64,000 nucleotides of DNA from Gammaproteobacteria bacterium. Lineage in GTDB: Bacteria; Pseudomonadota; Gammaproteobacteria; Eutrophobiales; Eutrophobiaceae. The stretch covers positions 5,809-69,808 of the forward strand of contig SCUJ01000011.1 in assembly GCA_004297165.1 (NCBI GenBank). Direction: 5' to 3'. The position numbers were made by a program, and so were the translations under genes. Below, in pieces: positions 60,630 through 64,000 of the stretch (position 1 is the first letter of the stretch; every line of letters begins with the position of its first letter). Under the pieces are notes generated by a model. It had not been told where the DNA came from. It saw only the letters and a program-made list of their open reading frames with translations, and did not search any database.

Positions 60630-62315
60630 ATGCCGAATACACTGCAATTACTGAAACGGCGCCAGGAGCCGTTGAACCTGGTGTTGATGCTGGAATTCCT
60701 GCATTTTTCCATCTGGCTCGATTTTGGCAGCCCGCTGTCCCGTTCCTGCATGTTGATTCATCTCGGGCTCTTCCTCATCTGGCAGCCGGTCTGGAAACAT
60801 GACGAACAGATCTCCTGGTTCAACAGCCTGGTATTCATTTTATTGACGCTCACCTTCGTGACGTTCATGAACTGGACCCTGCTGTTCGGCTGGCTCATCC
60901 TGCTCAGCGGTTTTGCCGGCGGGCGGATCATCGTCAACCGGAACGAACGCGCCACCTATATGAACGTGCTGACGTTCCTGATAACGGAGCTCATCATTCA
61001 ATGCACTCCTGGCCTCTTTGCCATCGAGATCCAGGCCAATGTGAGCGGGCTCTTCGAGATCCTGCTGCCGCTCTTGCCGCTGTTGATCATATTCCTGCCG
61101 GTGCGCAAGCCGGACACCCGCATCCAGTCCGTCGATCTCCAGCATGCTCTCGCCACTTCGACGATGATTACCCTGTTGATCTTCGGCAGTTTGCTGAACA
61201 TGTACATCGGCAAGACCGATTACATGCTGGCCCTGATCCAGGCCCTGCTGGCCATCGCCGCTTTTCTGTTCGCCATCAGTTGGCTGGTTTCTCCCAGGGT
61301 CGGATTCAGCGCCCTCTCGCAACTCTGGTCGCGCGCGCTGCTCAATATCGGCACGCCATTCGAACGCTGGCTGGAAGAACTGGCCCGGATCTCCCAGCAA
61401 CAGCAGACGCCGGAGGCCTTTCTCGAGATGGCCATGGAAGAGCTGGTAAGCCTGCCCTGGGTCAACGGGGTAGGCTGGAGCGCCGGCAAGCACAGTGGCG
61501 CGAATGGAACGCTGGCGAAACACATGATCGAGTTCCGCACCGGGAATCTGGAGATCGACATCTATACCTACAATCCCGTTGGCGCCGCGCTTTATCATCA
61601 CTGCAATCTGCTGGTCCAGGTCATCGAACATTTTTACATGGCCAAGATCCGCGAACGCAAACTCACCCATCAGGCCCACTTGCAGGCGATCCACGAAACC
61701 GGCGCGCGGGTGACGCATGACATCAAGAATCTGCTCCAGTCGCTGCAGGCGATCACGACCGTCCTTGGCGAGGAAAGCGAGGGGCTGCAAAACCCGCGGA
61801 CCAGAAAACTTGTGCGTGAACAGATGCCGCACCTTGGTCGGCGCCTGCAACTGGCCCTGGATAAATTAATCAAACCCGCCGAGAAACCCGAGGAATTCGG
61901 CGATCTCACCGCATGGTGGGAGAATCTGCGCCGACTGCACACGGAAGCGGGAGTGGCGTTTCATGCGGCCATCGATGCCAGTGCCGAGATCCCCGTGGAG
62001 TTGTTCGACAGCGTCACGGAAAATCTGCTCGAAAACATCCGTGACAAGACGCATGCTGAAGGCCCGCTCCGGATACAAATCGATCTGAACGCGAACGACG
62101 CTGGCGTGCGTCTCGAAATCCGCGATAACGGCAGGGCCATCGCACCGGAAAAGGCGGAGCTGATCCTGCGCGAACCCACGGATTCCGAAAGCGGCCTCGG
62201 CATCGGGCTTTACCAGGCGGCCCGGTTGGCGGAATCCTTGGGATACGTGCTGGAACTCGACAGCAACCGGGATGGGGCGGTGAGTTTTGTCCTGCGCAAC
62301 TCCTTGTTTGATTAA
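60630..62315 (+). CDS. Multi-TM sensor histidine kinase
   Basis: About 7-8 TMs, H-box THDIKNLLQSL, N-box ENLLEN, DNG, SGLGIGLYQ. Confidence 0.88.
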   Translation: MPNTLQLLKRRQEPLNLVLMLEFLHFSIWLDFGSPLSRSCMLIHLGLFLIWQPVWKHDEQISWFNSLVFILLTLTFVTFMNWTLLFGWLILLSGFAGGRIIVNRNERATYMNVLTFLITELIIQCTPGLFAIEIQANVSGLFEILLPLLPLLIIFLPVRKPDTRIQSVDLQHALATSTMITLLIFGSLLNMYIGKTDYMLALIQALLAIAAFLFAISWLVSPRVGFSALSQLWSRALLNIGTPFERWLEELARISQQQQTPEAFLEMAMEELVSLPWVNGVGWSAGKHSGANGTLAKHMIEFRTGNLEIDIYTYNPVGAALYHHCNLLVQVIEHFYMAKIRERKLTHQAHLQAIHETGARVTHDIKNLLQSLQAITTVLGEESEGLQNPRTRKLVREQMPHLGRRLQLALDKLIKPAEKPEEFGDLTAWWENLRRLHTEAGVAFHAAIDASAEIPVELFDSVTENLLENIRDKTHAEGPLRIQIDLNANDAGVRLEIRDNGRAIAPEKAELILREPTDSESGLGIGLYQAARLAESLGYVLELDSNRDGAVSFVLRNSLFD

Positions 62316-63118
62316 GGCAGGCGTTCAGCCGTGACCATCCGGTACATCAACATCGAAGGCGGTATCCAGATAAGAATATCGTCATACTCTGAACCGGCCG
62401 CCTGCACGTAGGTATCCGAGGTGAATTTCTTGTCCCCGGCAGTGGTCCACCAATTCCGCAATTCGGCCGTTGAGCCTGGCGCCGTTCCCCCAAAGTTCTG
62501 GCCGTTCTTGCCGAGTGAGTAAACGAGAGCTGGCACCTCCGTTGCGACGTTATTATTGCTCACATCGACAACGGTGATATCCCCTTTTGCGCAAATTTCA
62601 AATGAAATACCCAATGTCGCCGACACACTGCAATCGACGGTATCAGTTGTTCCATCATCATCGTCCGCAAATTCTTGATCCACGCTGTAGATGATTCGAT
62701 GATCCCATGCATCATCGCCAGGGACGCCGAGGGTGGCGAAAGGAAGATAACCAACCTCAACGGCACAGGTGGCAACAGTAAGAGGGTCGTTACGGTTAGC
62801 ATAACTATGGCTGACATCGTCGACGACGACGTCCTCATGTCCGTCGGCGATATCCGCCGGGTCATTCGTGTCGATCGCCCCACAATAACCAACACTCCCA
62901 TCCGGGCAATCCGGACAGGGGAGATGTCCGTTCACCAGTGTATAACCGACGAGGCTCTCCTTAATCTGGTTGAGCAACTCCTTAGTCTCTTCTCTGTCAG
63001 CCTGTTCCAGTCTGGACGACAGGGGAGACATCAAGCCCCCCAGGACAAGGGCCAGGATGAACAGGACCATCGCCAGTTCGATCAGGGTGAAGCCTTTGTG
63101 TATCGCAGGTATACGCAT
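62312..63118 (-). CDS. Prepilin-like (minor pilin/pseudopilin) protein
   Basis: KG|FTLIELAMVLFILALVLGG, LVGYTLVNGHLPCPD, GYLPFATLG...DAW, YDDILIW. Confidence 0.88.
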   Translation of the reverse strand: MRIPAIHKGFTLIELAMVLFILALVLGGLMSPLSSRLEQADREETKELLNQIKESLVGYTLVNGHLPCPDCPDGSVGYCGAIDTNDPADIADGHEDVVVDDVSHSYANRNDPLTVATCAVEVGYLPFATLGVPGDDAWDHRIIYSVDQEFADDDDGTTDTVDCSVSATLGISFEICAKGDITVVDVSNNNVATEVPALVYSLGKNGQNFGGTAPGSTAELRNWWTTAGDKKFTSDTYVQAAGSEYDDILIWIPPSMLMYRMVTAERLP

Positions 63119-63122
63119 AAAC

Positions 63123-64000
63123 CTATTGCAAAACCCTTACTTGATCGTTGGATGTGATCTCGCCTTTGATAAATTCATCATCGCCTGGATCATCGGAATT
63201 TTCTAACTCGAAATAATCTTCATAAGCGGCGCTAGGCCGGTTCCCCAACAGATCAATACCAGCGCTGATTACCAGAGCATGCTTGTTGTTCGTTGGTGTA
63301 GCTGCGCCAACAAGGGTGATGCATGCAGGAATACCTGCCGGAATACAAGGGCCGGCATTGTCCGGCGCGTCGCCAGCGGAGTAAGCGATCAATATGAGTT
63401 TGTGCCAATTGTTTTCGGTTAACCACGAGGGAATTTCATCTCCCACACCCAGATCGAAGGCAGTTTCGTAGACATCCATATCGCCATCCGTCGCCGTCGT
63501 GATGACGTTGGTGGCGGATCCTCCCTTAACAACCACCAACGGGTAACAGATGCCTGACACGGTAAGACATGCCTCAGCGGGCACAGTGCCATCATCAAGA
63601 AACACGATAGGGTTCAATGGAAGACACCACCACCAAAATGGCAGACAACTATTTATTGTGCCCGAATCCGTGATAGTAACTTCCCCCTTGGTCCCGGATG
63701 GAAATCCATCTGTCGGATCCGCTGCGAGATTCACATCTCTGTTGCGCAACGTTCCAGGGCAAGCGGTATATACACAAATGGATGGCGTCCCGCCAGATGG
63801 AATGGAGATATCGAAATCATAATGGCGCGTGCCTGTAACTGAAGTGATGGGGATACCGAGTACTATGATCCGCAACGTGACCGGATCCGGGTCTTGTGCC
63901 CGTCCTGCGCAACGGATGGCATCACGCGCGATCCACTTGCATTCCGGCCCCACAATCGACGCATCCAGATCATACAACACGGAATCCATGTCAACGGCTA
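63123..64000 (-). CDS. Hypothetical Cys-rich pilus-associated protein, N-terminus beyond the window
   Basis: Frame is open to the window edge. C-terminal IPSWLTENNWHKLILIAYS..C...C...ALVISAG..L...RPS....DYFE..N..D....F......NDQV; stop lies 4 nt before the prepilin-like gene. Confidence 0.65.
   Translation of the reverse strand, partial: AVDMDSVLYDLDASIVGPECKWIARDAIRCAGRAQDPDPVTLRIIVLGIPITSVTGTRHYDFDISIPSGGTPSICVYTACPGTLRNRDVNLAADPTDGFPSGTKGEVTITDSGTINSCLPFWWWCLPLNPIVFLDDGTVPAEACLTVSGICYPLVVVKGGSATNVITTATDGDMDVYETAFDLGVGDEIPSWLTENNWHKLILIAYSAGDAPDNAGPCIPAGIPACITLVGAATPTNNKHALVISAGIDLLGNRPSAAYEDYFELENSDDPGDDEFIKGEITSNDQVRVLQ

Overview
Mostly core chromosome of a high-GC gammaproteobacterium. 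The conserved blocks are miaB-phoH(ybeZ)-ybeY-corC-lnt; hemE..gltD-gltB-AAA/SPOR-dgt-aroB-aroK-pilQPONM; mrcA-priA-argS-SPOR; trmB, yrfG, cysQ, gshA; yggX-mutY-asmA-argH; algZ/algR; rsmE; rsd. There are two tRNAs (Gly-CCC, Phe-GAA), and no CRISPR array, rRNA, transposase or integrase was seen. The points of most interest are: (1) 53.6-64 kb, a second, uncharacterised type IV filament locus with a sigma54-driven large pilin, an ABC ATPase/permease/helical-protein trio reminiscent of Myxococcus PilGHI and Geobacter Xap, and three signalling enzymes on the opposite strand; (2) a 48-aa basic ORF missed by the ORF track with an ArfA-like YxRxxKH tail, next to an encapsulin-type ferritin with no targeting peptide and no adjacent encapsulin; (3) two copies of a ~132-bp MITE with IS5-like ends around a REP-like multi-hairpin core; (4) a three-gene capsule module (half-KpsC, KpsS, WcbQ-like) at the 3' end of tRNA-Phe; (5) an Asp-to-Asn pseudo-receiver paired with an MBL hydrolase; (6) a repeat-expanded AsmA coupled to an exported START-fold protein. 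Protein calls come from motif recognition in the translations and from synteny, not from database searches.
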